From Mobula birostris (lineage: Eukaryota): DNA of 64,000 bases. Location: assembly GCF_030028105.1 (NCBI RefSeq), contig NW_027276263.1, positions 558,001 to 622,000 of the forward strand, read 5' to 3'. This document shows positions 25,693 to 37,199 of this stretch, piece after piece. Below the pieces are notes generated by a model. The model had not been told where the DNA came from. It searched no databases and saw nothing but the letters and a program-made list of their open reading frames with translations. A program made the translations under genes and the position numbers. The number at the start of each line of letters is the position of its first letter. Positions within the stretch are counted from its first letter, which is position 1.

Positions 25693-25842
25693 AAACACAA
25701 AATATTCTGCAGGTGCTGGGGTCAAAGCAACATGCACAACACGCTGGAGGAACTCAGCAGGTCAGGCAGCATCTATGGAAATGAAAAGTCAACGTTTCTA
25801 CAGATGCTGCCCGACCTGCTGAGTTCTTCCAGCATGTTGTAT
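25693..25842 (-). mobile_element. Inverted-pLTR hairpin mini-element with 14-bp TSD, inside CR1 ORF2
   Basis: TSD gggtagctaatgtt at 25679-25692 and 25843-25856. Inverted arms of ~46 bp (25736-25781 and 25795-25840) with about 5 mismatches. Confidence 0.9.
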
Positions 25843-26234
25843 GGGTAGCTAATGTTGTTTTATTGTTTAAGAAAGGCTCTAAGTATAAGCCAGGAAATTG
25901 TAGGCCGGTGAGCCTCTCATCAATAGTGTGAAAGTTATTGGAAGGTATTCTAAAGGACTGGTATTTGGGTAGGCAGGGACTCATTAGGGATATTTAAAAT
26001 GGCTTGTGCATCCTTAGTTGTGTCTAACAAATCCTATAAAGTTTTGAAGGAAGTTACCAGAAAACCAATGAAGGCAAGGCAGTAGATGGTGTCCACATGG
26101 ATTTAGCAAAGCATTTGACAAGGTCCTGCATGGGAGGTTGGTCAAGAAAGTTCAGTCACATGGCATTCAAGATGAGGTGGTAAATTGGATTAGACATTGG
26201 TTTCGTGAGAGAAGCCAGAGTGTGGTAGTAGATG

Positions 26235-26704
26235 CAAACAACAGAAATTCTGCAGATGCTGGAAATTCAAGCAACACACATCAAAGTTGCTGGTGAACGC
26301 AGCAGGCCAGGCAGCATCTCTAGGAAGAGGTACAGTCGACGTTTCAGGCCGAGACCCTTCGTCAGGACTAACTGAAGGAAGAGTTAGTAAGAGATTTGAA
26401 AATGGGAGGGGGAGGGGGAGATCCAAAATGATAGGAGAAGACAGGAGGGGGAGGGATGGAGCCAAGGGCTGGACAGGTGATTGGCAAAGGGGATATGAGA
26501 GGATCATGGGACAGGAGGTCCTGGGAAAAAGACAAGGTGGGGGGGAAACCCAGACAATGGGCAAGGGATATAGTCAGAGGGACAAAGGGAGAAAAAGGAG
26601 AGAGAGAGAAAGAATGTGTGTATATAAATAAATAACGGATGGGGTACGAGGGGGAGGTGGGGCATTAGCAGAAGTTAGAGAAGTCAACATTCATGCCATC
26701 AGGT
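26235..26704 (-). mobile_element. 5'-truncated Penelope-like element (ORF end, 3'UTR and pLTR) inside CR1
   Basis: Near-identical to the reverse complement of ~39940-40420. TSD tggtagta(g/a)atg at 26223-26234 and 26705-26716. Confidence 0.92.
26334..26369 (-). ncRNA. Minimal type-I hammerhead ribozyme, intact core
   Basis: Minus strand: agtc CUGACGA agg-gucucgg-ccu GAAA cg UC^ gacu. Stem I agtc/gact, stem II agg/cct, palindromic ACGU stem III, GUC cleavage triplet. Confidence 0.85.
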
Positions 26705-27176
26705 TGGTAGTAAATGGTTGACTCTCTGGACTGGAGGCCTGTGACTAGTGGAGTGCAGCAAGGTTTGTTGTTGTTTGTCATCTATATCAATAATTTGGAT
26801 GATAAAGTGGCAATCTGGATCAGAAAAATTCCAGATGACACCAGGATTAGGAGTGTAGTGGACAGCAAGGAAGACTATCAAAGCTTGCAGTGGGATCTGG
26901 TAAAAGGGGCTGAAAAATGGCAGATAGAATTTAATGCAGACAAATGTGAGGTGTTACACTTTAGGAGGACCAAACAGGGTAGGTCTTACACAGTGAGCAG
27001 TGGGGCACTGAATAGTGCAGTAGAACAGAACGACCTCAGAGTACAGATCCAATAATTCATTGGAAGTGGCATCACTGGTAGATAGGGTCATAATGAAAGT
27101 TTTTGGCACATTGGCCTTCATAAATCAATGTGTTGAGTACAGGAGTTAGAATGTTATGGTGAAATTATATAAATAT

Positions 27177-30100
27177 TGTGGTGCTCAGGGAGTGTGGTCA
27201 ACAGCTCACCCCACCTTTCCTGGTGGCCAGAACTATTTATTGCTCCTGTGTTAAAATGTGTTCATGTGATTATGATGGGATATTCAAGTTCACTTATTGT
27301 TACATTTCAGTTCTCTTCACGAATCATCATGCCCAGTCCGTTTTTGTGCTTATCACTGTTGAGTTAAACAAGCTTTTCTCGTCTGTCATTATTCTGAACA
27401 CTTGCCACATTGGTATCAGAAGAGGGAACTACAATGTCGTATGGACTGCCTTAAGACCTGAGGATTAAGTCGAGGGACTGAGCAGTATGCCTCCCCTGCA
27501 CTCCTAGGCCAGGTTCCCAAAGATGGGATGCCAACCTGGAGGGAGGACCTGGGAACCAAGCACTATACCTTCCCAGGGAACTCCGACGTTCAGAACATAC
27601 CAAAGCTCCACAACTCGGGGGACACGCCAGAGCATATCACCCATCCCCCTTGGGGAACTAAAAATTCTGCAGCAGTGGCAGGAAGCAGCAGTGATGCCAG
27701 AGCAAGAGGAAGATCAATTAACCCTACAAAGTCCACCCTACAACTCCCCAGATACAATGGTGCCAGCCAACTGGAACCTTACCTGGTGCAAGTCAAACTT
27801 GCTACATGGCACAAAGGGTGAAGTCCCACCAAGATGACAGTACACCTTGCACTGGCACTGGAAGGAGATGTCCTCTTTGGTCTAACAGCGGCTGAACAGC
27901 ATGAGTTCAGGGCCCCCGTAGCAGTGCTGGAGTGACATTTCAAACAGCGGCCATCACAGGAAGCAATGAGGAATAAAACCTGGAGGCGTTTGCAACTGAT
28001 CTCCGTCACTGTGCTCAGCATGGCTATATCCCAGTTCCCTCCTACAGCCCAGGGACAGCTTGCCCTCCACACCTTTGTAAAGGCGCTGATGATGGACTGC
28101 ATTCGCCAGCACATTCACCTGACAGCACCATCATCTCTGGCTGAGGCGGAGAGGGTAGAAGCAATTTTAGCCCCTCAAGGTGTGGCACGGAACACTCTCT
28201 GGATGTGCCCTGCACCAGCACCACACCACAGCCCAGCGCAGCCATTGGGAAATGCTGACCTTGAGGGAGGCACTGCTCAAGACCTCCAGTAGACCCTCTC
28301 CATTGTCACCCCTCTGGGTGGGCTGTTTGGATGAAGAGCAAAACTTATACGTGGACTGTGTGGTGGAGGTGATCAGATGCCGGGCGTTGGTGGACACGGG
28401 GTCAATCATCACCATCATCCGTCCCGGTGTTCTCCCCAACACGGACCAGCCATTCTCGTCTGGGTGGACAACGACAGCGGTCCAGCAGGCGACGGTCACC
28501 GGCGACAGTGTGATGATGACAGGGAGGAAGAAGCTGCACATCACAGTGCAGCTCGAGTTGTGGCTTGCCGACATCCGAGAGTGGCCTGGATCTGCTGTCC
28601 TGCTGGGGGGAGGGGGCCTGTGTGGATGTGCCAGGGGCAACACTCTACCTTGGCACATGGTTCTCCAGCAGGGCAGCTCCAGGAAGCGGGCCCAGCAGGA
28701 GCAGCAACAACCACCACAGGCCTCCTCAGTGCAGCTCACAGTGTGTCTGCCATCAGCATGACATCGGCAGCACTACCGCAGTGCCCTCCAGCAATACCGT
28801 CCAGGCTGTGCCGGAGCCAGGAGAAGTAAGGGCTTAGACCAGGACTAGCGGCAGCAGCTGTAGGACCAACTGGACCAGCACCTCTATATCTTCACAGCCA
28901 GGGACAAGAACTGGAGGAGCACGGGGCTGTTCCAACACCACATTGACACAGGGGATGCCCGACCCATCTGCATGCCCTCACCAAACACGAGGCATTGGAG
29001 CAGCGGATCAAAGAGATGGAGAACTGGCATCATTGAGTCCTCCGAGAGCCCGTGGGCTGCCCCAGCAGTGTTGGTCAGGAAGGAGGTTGGGCCATGGCGG
29101 TTCTGTGTAGACTACCGCTGTCTCAATGCTGTGACCCAGAAGGACTCCTACCCACTGTCCCAAATTGATGATGCCCTGGAACTGTATCGCAGGTTCAACC
29201 TGGTTCAGCTCTCTCCATCTCTGCAATGGCTACTGGCCAAGACCAAGACTGCCTTGACCATTGGTCAAGGGCTGGCACTTCTGGTTAATGCCTTTTGGCC
29301 TGTGTAACACCTCAGCCATGTTGGAGAGACTGATGGAGAAGGTGCTGGCTCATATTCCGTGGAGTCACTGTGTCATCTATTTTGGTGAGTATGGAAGAGT
29401 GGTGACTGACTCTGAGAAGGTGGGAGTGGTCAAGAAAAGGCCCATACCCTGTTATGACTCTGAGCTTCACAGCTTCCTGGGGCTGGCATCATACTACCAC
29501 CGGTAGTATTAAGGACTTTGTCACCATTGCCTGTTCACTGCACCAGCTCTCCAAGAAGGAGAAGTCCATCGTCCAGACCGACACCTTCGACCAGCTCTGA
29601 GCTGTGATCACCCAGACCCTGGTGCTGGTGTACCCAATCCAGCAAGCCCCTTCACTGTTGATACAGATGTCTGTAACCAGGGGGCTCGGGACAGTGCTGG
29701 CACAGGATGAGCCCGAAGAGAAAATGTTGTGGTGGACTTCAGTCACACCCCACGTTGCACTGAACGGAACTATTGTGTCACTCGCCGGGAGATCCTGGGC
29801 ATGGACCAGACCCTCTGCCACTTCCATCACTACCTCTTCCACCAATGGTTCCTGCTTCATACAGACCATGCTGACTTGGTTGTGGACCTTCCATGGTCCT
29901 GAGGGGTAGCTGCCTCTCCAGGATTACAATTTCGAGCTACAGCACCGCGCTAGAAGGGACCACGGCAATGCTGATGCCCTCTCTCGCCATCCCTGTGAGC
30001 TACCGAGTGTGGCTACTGTCATCACTTCATGGAGCAGAGCCAGTGGCCAGTAGCGGTGGTGGCACTGAAGGTGGCAGCCAGCGATGACCTCCCCAGCGTG

Positions 30101-31802
30101 GACCACCAGCAGCTGTGCAGCGAGCAGCAGTGATCCCATGCTGGCCTAGGTGAAGGGATGACTGAGCGAGGGACGGTGGCCGGGATGGGTTAAGTCTTTA
30201 TCCTGGGTCCAGAGACACTTGCAGTGGGCCACGCTGGAGGTGCGTGACGGGTTGCTGTTCCAGCGGTGACGGTTTCCCGATGGTGATAGACAATTCCTGC
30301 AGCTGGTGGTGCCACGGTGTTGTGGTCGGTGCACGGGCTGGTGGGGGCTAGCCATCTCGGAGTTGCAAAGACATTGGGCAGGTTGCGTGAACGCTTCTAC
30401 TGGCCTGGGTACAGGCAGGACTTGGAGCTGTTCGTGCACCACTGCGACGCCTGCATGTCCCAGAAGGGGCCGGGCTGCCAGTCTAGGGTGCCAATGCAGC
30501 AGTACCCGGTGGGAGTCCCAGTGGAGCACGTAGGGGTGTACTTCCTGGGGTTCCTTCACACGCACCGACACTGGGAACCGTTGTGTTCTTGTGACCATAG
30601 ATAATTTCACAAAATGGTCAGAGGCATGCGCAGTGCAAGAGCAGAGTGCCACCACCAGTGCTGAGAGAGATGTGAAGGAGTTCTTCTGCCGTTTCGGCGC
30701 CCCTGAGGAACTCCACAGGTCCACAGTCAGCTAGGAATCATCCCCATTCGCCCACAAAGTAAAGGACTGGTGGAGTGCCTTTAACCTTACCCTGGCTACG
30801 CAGCTTGCCATCCTCGTTACTGGCACCATGTGATTGGGATCACCATTACCCCTAGTACTGGGGGCATACCAGGCAGCAGTTCAGGAGAGCATCAGGTATA
30901 CATCGGCTGTGCTCATGTTTGTGAGGGAGTTGCACACGCCAGTGGATCTGGTGTTTACTACCCCCCCTACCCCCGAGCCAGAGATTCCTGGGGAGGCCAC
31001 ATTGGAGTACCCGCAGCACCTCAGGGGACACCTGCAGGGTATTCACAATGTGGCAATGTGGCTCGGCAGAACCAAAGTTCAGGCAGCAGCCACCAAGAAT
31101 CGGCTGGGGACAGGACTTTACTGTGGGAGACCAAGTATCGGTGTACTGCTCCTCCCATGAGAAGTGACTATCCTCGAAGGTGGGAAGCCACTGGAAGGAA
31201 ACAAGACAGATGCACGACAGCATGACCGATATGGTATATGGATTGCGGTTGCCTGAGTGTCAGAAGTCAATACCACACTGGGATCGACTGGCACCGTGTC
31301 AGTCCTTGGCCACCACTGACACAGCGAAGCTGAAGGAAGCAAGTTGCACTCCGGGTGCCCTGCTTCTTGCCTCACCAAACATAACTCCCCTGTGGGGGCT
31401 CCAGACACCCCCAGCATCCAAGGTGGCAGTGTCAACCACCACTGGAACTCTTGGACTTTGTGGTGGACTCAGGTTGCCAGTGACGGCTGACTCCTCAGGT
31501 GGGGGCAGCACTATTTATTGTTCTTGCTTTTAAGTATGTTTGTGGAATTATGGTGGGATGTTCAAGTTCATTTATTGTTAAATTTTAGCTTGGGTTATAC
31601 AGTTATTCACTTGTGAGTTTGTGGGTGACCCTGACTGTAACCAGGAGTGCAGGGGAGATTCACCTCCCCATCTGTATGAGACTCAGTAATTCTCACCCGG
31701 GGTCATCACACCTGGTCTATTTTTGTGCTTATCCCAATAAAAATGGCAGTTGAGTTAAATGAGCTTTTCTTGCTTGTCATCATGAACCAAATACTCGCCT
31801 CA
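27177..31802 (+). mobile_element. Gypsy LTR retrotransposon provirus (degraded), nested in CR1
   Basis: 5'LTR 27177-27409 (TG..CA) and PBS tggtatcagaagagggaa at 27411-27428. gag LPRYNG; protease ALVDTGS; RT SPWAAPAVLVRK..RFCVDYRCLNAVT..DSYPL; integrase H-x6-H..FYWPG..CDAC. PPT-like aggtggggg at ~31497-31505 and a partial 3'LTR at ~31510-31802. Confidence 0.92.
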
Positions 31803-33453
31803 ATACATTATTGAGGCTAATTTGAAGTATTGTGTCCAGTCTTGGTCACCTCACTACAGGAAAGATCCAAATTAGATTGAAAGAGTGCAGAGAAAATTTG
31901 CAAGGATATTGTTGGAAGTTGAGGACCTGAACTATACTGAAAGGTTGAAGACTTGGGTCTTTCCTGGAATGTAGGAGATTGAGGGGAGATTTGATAGAGG
32001 TATACACAATTATCAGGGGTACAGATAGGGAAATACAGGCAGGCTTTTTCCACTGATGTTTGCTGAGACTGTGACTTGATGTCATGGATTAAGTGTGAAA
32101 AGTGAAATGTTTAAGGGAACATGACGGGGACTTCTTCACTCAGAGTGTGGTGAATGTGTGGACTGAGTTGCCAGCATGAGTGTTGGATTTCAAAATTTAA
32201 TAGAAATTCAGATAGGTACGTGGATGGGAGGGATATGGAGGGCTATGGTCTGGGTATAGGTCCATGAGACTAGGCAGATTAATGGTTTGCAATGGACTAG
32301 ATGGGCTGAAGGTCCTGTTTTTGTGTTGTAGCATTCTATGACTCAATGACTCTATTCAATCAGATGCTGCCTTGATGGTAGAGACATTACTTTAGAACTC
32401 TTCTGTTCATATTTGCACCAAGATTGCCTTGATGTCTGAATTGTGGTCCTAACACCTTAACTCCTTCTAGGTGCTAGTTACATATGGTGATGTAAACATA
32501 ATTTTTAAATAATTGACCTATCTCTTAGATATAACGTTCCTTTAAACAATTGATCTGCCTTCTCCTTTAAATTTGCTCCCATATTGCTCACCTCTTCCTG
32601 GCAAAGAGATCTCCAGCTGTTTTAAATTTCTCTGATAAAAACAATGTAAGATGGTCGGAATAGATGAAAGTAAATTAAAAGATCATAAAATAAAGAAAAT
32701 AATTAACATATAAAGGATATTAACTTTATTTAGAAATACAATTAACTGATAATTATTTAAAATGACATACCATTACCTTCTAGCCAGGGTGACAATTCTA
32801 TTCGAAAGACTCAATACACGGGAATTTAGATGTGGGGCCAATCCTGAGTGTGCTGACTGCTGAGTTCAACATGATTGACTCCCACATGACACTGGTGCTG
32901 AGTACAGGGACCTCCAGCATGTTTCATACTTCAGCCTTACAAATGCACAGACATGAAAGTTGATGGCCTGCCGAACGTAAGAGCAGAGGGCTGATGGTTC
33001 CCAATAGAGCTGCTGCCCACATCAAAGCACTATCCAGCCAAATGTATCCTTTGTTTAGTGGTAAATGTCAAGTTAAGTGAATGCCTAGTCAGAAAGTATA
33101 CATATGCTGTCAGGAAATGACAATATGTTGGTGTGTGCATGCCGACAAATAGCTGTCTCATTTTCTATCAAGCCAGTGTCGTACAAGCTGACAGCATCTT
33201 TTAAAACTTATTGCCCATTGGTGATTAGCTTAACAAAGTTTTTATTGGCAATCTTTTGTTTGAGAAATTTCCTTTATTTCTCTTAGCTTTATCAATGTTA
33301 CCCCCAAACTTGATGTACGCAGGAAGTTGCAGCAATAAATGAGATTAAACCTGCAGACTCTGATTGCCCTGAGGTCTCATGTTTCACTGGCATGGTTAAT
33401 TTTGCAGTTAATTTTCTAATAATCTAGCTTTCATTTTAACTCATTGCATGGAT

Positions 33454-33599
33454 TTCCCCCTCCCCCTCCCACTTTCAAATCTCTTACTAACTCTTCCTTC
33501 AGTTAGTCCTGACAAAGGGTCTCGGCCTGAAGTGTCGACTGTACCTCTTCCTAGAGATGCTGCCTGGCCTGCTGCGTTCACCAGCAACTTTGATGTGTG
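33454..33599 (+). mobile_element. Solo Penelope pLTR fragment with mutated hammerhead (33505-33540)
   Basis: Same family as 40245-40392. TSD ttgcatggat at 33444-33453 and 33600-33609. The core reads CTGACAA..GAAG. Confidence 0.9.
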
Positions 33600-34464
33600 T
33601 TGCATGGATCTACTGTAGGCCCAGAGAAAGGTATACAATCTGCAGCCACAGTTGCATGACGTGATTGCATTATTAGTTCTGATAGAGTGCACAAATTGAT
33701 CACATTACAGCGTCCATTGTTCTGATTGTCATTGTAGGTGTTGGTATGGTCACTACCAGGTCCCTGTTACTATACAGGTGTCATTATAACATCAATCACC
33801 AATAGCAGCACGATTGATTTGATGGCAGCCCAGCCTTTTTAGAGATCACAGCTCCAGTTAACCCCCTCACTGAACCTCAGACACCTTAATTCTTGTTCTG
33901 CCCAGCACAATTTAACGTGGATATCAACAGCTTAAAAGTCGGTTGCTAAATAACTACAACTATTCCATGGGTACTTAGCATTTTCTGGAGTTACCTGAAG
34001 TTATGAAATGTCTACCAAGAGTGTGATGTCAGGTGTTGAGACGTTTATCATGACTTCAAGACTGGTGCATGAACTTGTTACTGCTAGCTTTGTAAGCATT
34101 AGTAATGAATCCAATTGCAATGGTCCTGAACTGTGAAGAGAAACGTAGGAGCATCAAGCTAGGGAGAAAGAACAGAAAATAAATCTCAGTCGGAAGACCT
34201 ATCTGCCAGGGAAAAATGTTCTACCTGAGGCTCAGCATGGAACCATGCCAGAGATTTCTGTACGTTTCCCATTGAAGTATACCACTTTGTCTGCTTCTCT
34301 GCTTATGCATTTGGATTGCCAGTGACCATGAAGCTGACACAGTTCGAACAGATTTTTCAATTACCTGCGACCGCAGTGCAACTTATTTATTGCATTGTTT
34401 GCGATACTGTTCCAGATCTGTTGCACAACGGAATCTTCCATATTATTGGTGGGACCACCCCATA

Positions 34465-34555
34465 GCTTCCACAGATCCTACTTGATCTACTGAGTTTGTC
34501 CAGCTGTTTTGTTTTGTTTGCTCCAGATTCCAGCATCTGCAATCCCTTGTGTCTA
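34465..34555 (+). mobile_element. Old pLTR 3' remnant
   Basis: ttccacagatcctacttgatctactgagtttgtccagc...gctccagattccagcatctgcaatcccttgtgtct. Confidence 0.6.
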
Positions 34556-34769
34556 TGAGTGAGACATGACATATTCAAAGTGACATCTGTGATTATCTTG
34601 CCTCAGTTCTGACTGATATGTTTACTTAAAAAAACACAATAATTTGAGCACTTGTAATTGTTGCTATGAGCTACTGCATTTAATTTTGCTGTATACGATA
34701 CCCTTTGCATCATCATTAGTATCAATGACTTTGAGAGCATCTTACTGAATTTATTCCTTGCCTTTGAGC

Positions 34770-35306
34770 AAGGCTTCACCTGGAGTGTTATGTACAGTTT
34801 TGGGCACTCTATTTTAAGAAAGATGTCATTAAACTGGAAAAAGAGTAAAGAAGATTTACTCTGAGGCTTGAGGGCTGTTATATGCAGATGTAAGACAGGC
34901 TCAGACTTTATTCGTCAAAGTATAGGAGACTAAGCAGTGACGTTATAGAGGTCTTCAAAATCATGAGGGGCATAGACAAGATGACTGCACATAGTCTTTT
35001 TCTCAGAGAATGTGAATTGAAAACTAGAAGAAGTATGTTTAAGCTAAGACAGGAACGATTTAAAAGGGACCAAGAGCATGCAGAGTGTGATGGGTATTTT
35101 GGATGAGCTTCCAGAGGAAGCAATTAAGGCCGATGCAATAACAACATTTACGAGACACTTGGACAGATGCACAGATAGGAAAGGTTCAGACAGATTTGCA
35201 ATAAATGTGGACAGATAGACTTATCTTAAATGCAGTTCTTGGTTAGCATGGATGAATTGAATCAAAGGGCTTGTATCCTGTGATGCATTACTCTCTGACT
35301 ATGACC
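34770..35306 (+). mobile_element. CR1 3' fragment
   Basis: HLE.YVQF and LSSDVIEVFKIMRGIDK motifs, tail ctctgactatgac. Confidence 0.75.
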
Positions 35307-35939
35307 CTAAATCAAGGACTGTGGTATCCTATGTCAGCAACATTTAATTTGCTTCAGTGGCCAGAAATGCATTCCATATATTATTACAGCAAAGTGCATT
35401 AAATGGGTAGACAGAAGCTGCCTGATTTCTATAGTATCATTAACAACCATGCTGCCTTTTGCAATAATGTGATCTTGCACCTTACTGGCCCTTTGTGTTT
35501 TTATATTACCTGATATCGTGTTGTGATTGTCCTAAACCCCAAATTATAAGGCCCTAGTGAGGAAGAAATACTGAATGTCATGTGTTCTGCACTATCGTAT
35601 TGGATCAACTTTTCTTATTCCTTTCTCAAAAGTAATGTGTTAGCTGTTAAAGAATTTGGATAAGTTCTCTCCTCACCACACACATACAAATCTATTTCTA
35701 AAAATGTGTCAAAATGCATGAATTCTCTCAGGCTGACAATGTAATATCTGGTTGCCTGCTATAAGATTTGGTTATGCATCAAACTTACTGCACAACTACT
35801 TTGTATAGTACTCTGGTGAAGTGTTCTATTAACTGAGTCAGAAAGTCATATAACCCAGAAACAGGCTACAGTCCTTCATGATCATAGTGATCATTGAGTA
35901 TTCATTTATACAATAATGTAATTATAATCTCAATAATTA

Positions 35940-35975
35940 CATATAAATAAACAAACAAACAAATAAATAAATAAA
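35940..35975. repeat. (AAAT)/(AAAC) microsatellite
   Basis: ataaataaacaaacaaacaaataaataaataaat. Confidence 0.8.
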
Positions 35976-35989
35976 TCCTCCTGAAGCTG

Positions 35990-36842
35990 CATAATCAGGT
36001 TTGTTGATGATACAACAGTGGTTGACCTCATCGTCAACAATGATGTGTTGGCGTACAGACATGAGGTTGAGAGGCTTGTCAAATTGTGTGAGAGAAAAAA
36101 CCCTGAGTCTCAACATGGACAAGACAAAGTACGTGATTGTGGACTTCAGGAAAGTGCAAGTTGACCACTCTGCATTGCACATCAATGGTGCTGCTGTGGA
36201 GAGAGTGAAGAGCACAAAGTTCCTTGGTATGCATATAACGGACGATCTAACCTGGACCCAAAATGACTCCTCTTTAGTCAAGGAAGCACAGCAACGTCTA
36301 CACATTCTGAAAATATTGAGGTGTGCACGCCTCCCCTCCCGCATTCTAACAACTTTCTACAGGAGCATCATCGAGAGTATATCTGGCTACATTATTGTGT
36401 GGTATGGAAGCTGCAAGGCATCGGACTGCAAGACTCTATGTACCACCAAGAGGATTACTGGGGTATCCCTCTCCCCTATTTGTGACATTTATTTGTGTAT
36501 TATATATGAAGGGCCCAAAACATCATTGCAAAATCTCTTTGACCTACAGGAGCATCAGGACTAGGACTGACAGACTAGGTAACAGGTTCCTCTCCTAGGC
36601 TGTGAGACTAATGAAACCCTGCATCACCGAGGTCCAGTCACTAGAACAGTCAGTTGTTTACTGTTTATCTGTGCTTTACACTTCACGTGCATTCTGAATT
36701 AAATTTCATTGCCATATTTCTGGTAATTTTTGTTTTATGTGCTGTCTGTGATATATAATGGATGCAACAAGGTCCAAAGAAGTATTGTTTTGTTTAGTTG
36801 TATATTTGTACAGTCAGATGACAGTAAACTTGAACTTGAATT
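35990..36842 (+). mobile_element. Rex1/Babar 3' part
   Basis: LNMDKTK..VDFRK, KFLGMHITDDLTW and TFYRSIIES. Tail taaacttgaacttgaa. Confidence 0.85.
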
Positions 36843-37199
36843 TTTACCTCAATGTCTGTAAATCTGAAGCTCACCCAGTCTTACTTTCCACAACCCTGGG
36901 ATTCATTTATTGCTTTCGACTTTATCCAGACTGGTTCCTAGATCCTTGTATCATTGTCAGTCCCTTACATAGAATTCAAGTTAACGCAACTTTCGTTTAG
37001 TGCAGTCTTAAATGGGCCTGCAAGCAAGGTAAAAAGTCAGGTCACTTGTTGTTTTAGGTAGATGTATCCCATCAACCTTAAGGCACTGCTTCCCTTAGCA
37101 ACTATGAGACATATACCCCAATGACCAGATGCAATGCACCAATTGAGATCCGTGCTTAAATTCTTGGTACCAGTCTTGATGCATTCATTCAGCTGTAGT

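Larger units (their letters stand above)
23040..32355 (+). mobile_element. Near full-length CR1 LINE (ORF1 zinc finger/esterase, ORF2 APE-RT), degraded, with three nested insertions
   Basis: ORF1: ECSSC, VKELELEMDELRIIQEAEGLIDRTY, FWGRWDLYRRDGLQLN. APE: FNARSI, YYRPPN, LDLLLGN..GDHN. RT: DKSPGP, WRPVTSGV, WQIEFNADKC. Resumes at ~31803 after the Gypsy and ends in a ctatgactcaatgactcta tail. Confidence 0.9.

Noticed and set aside
26190-26631. ORFs with PDEGSRPETST / GRGTVDVSGRDP, also at 18870, 33441 and 40200
   Set aside because: Spurious translations of the pLTR and hammerhead sequence.
27500-31500. GC/CpG-rich region as a CpG-island promoter or foreign gene cluster
   Set aside because: Fully explained by the Gypsy internal sequence.
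37020-37195. Possible old Deu-type SINE remnant (similarly 32820-33050)
   Set aside because: Too degenerate to support by eye.
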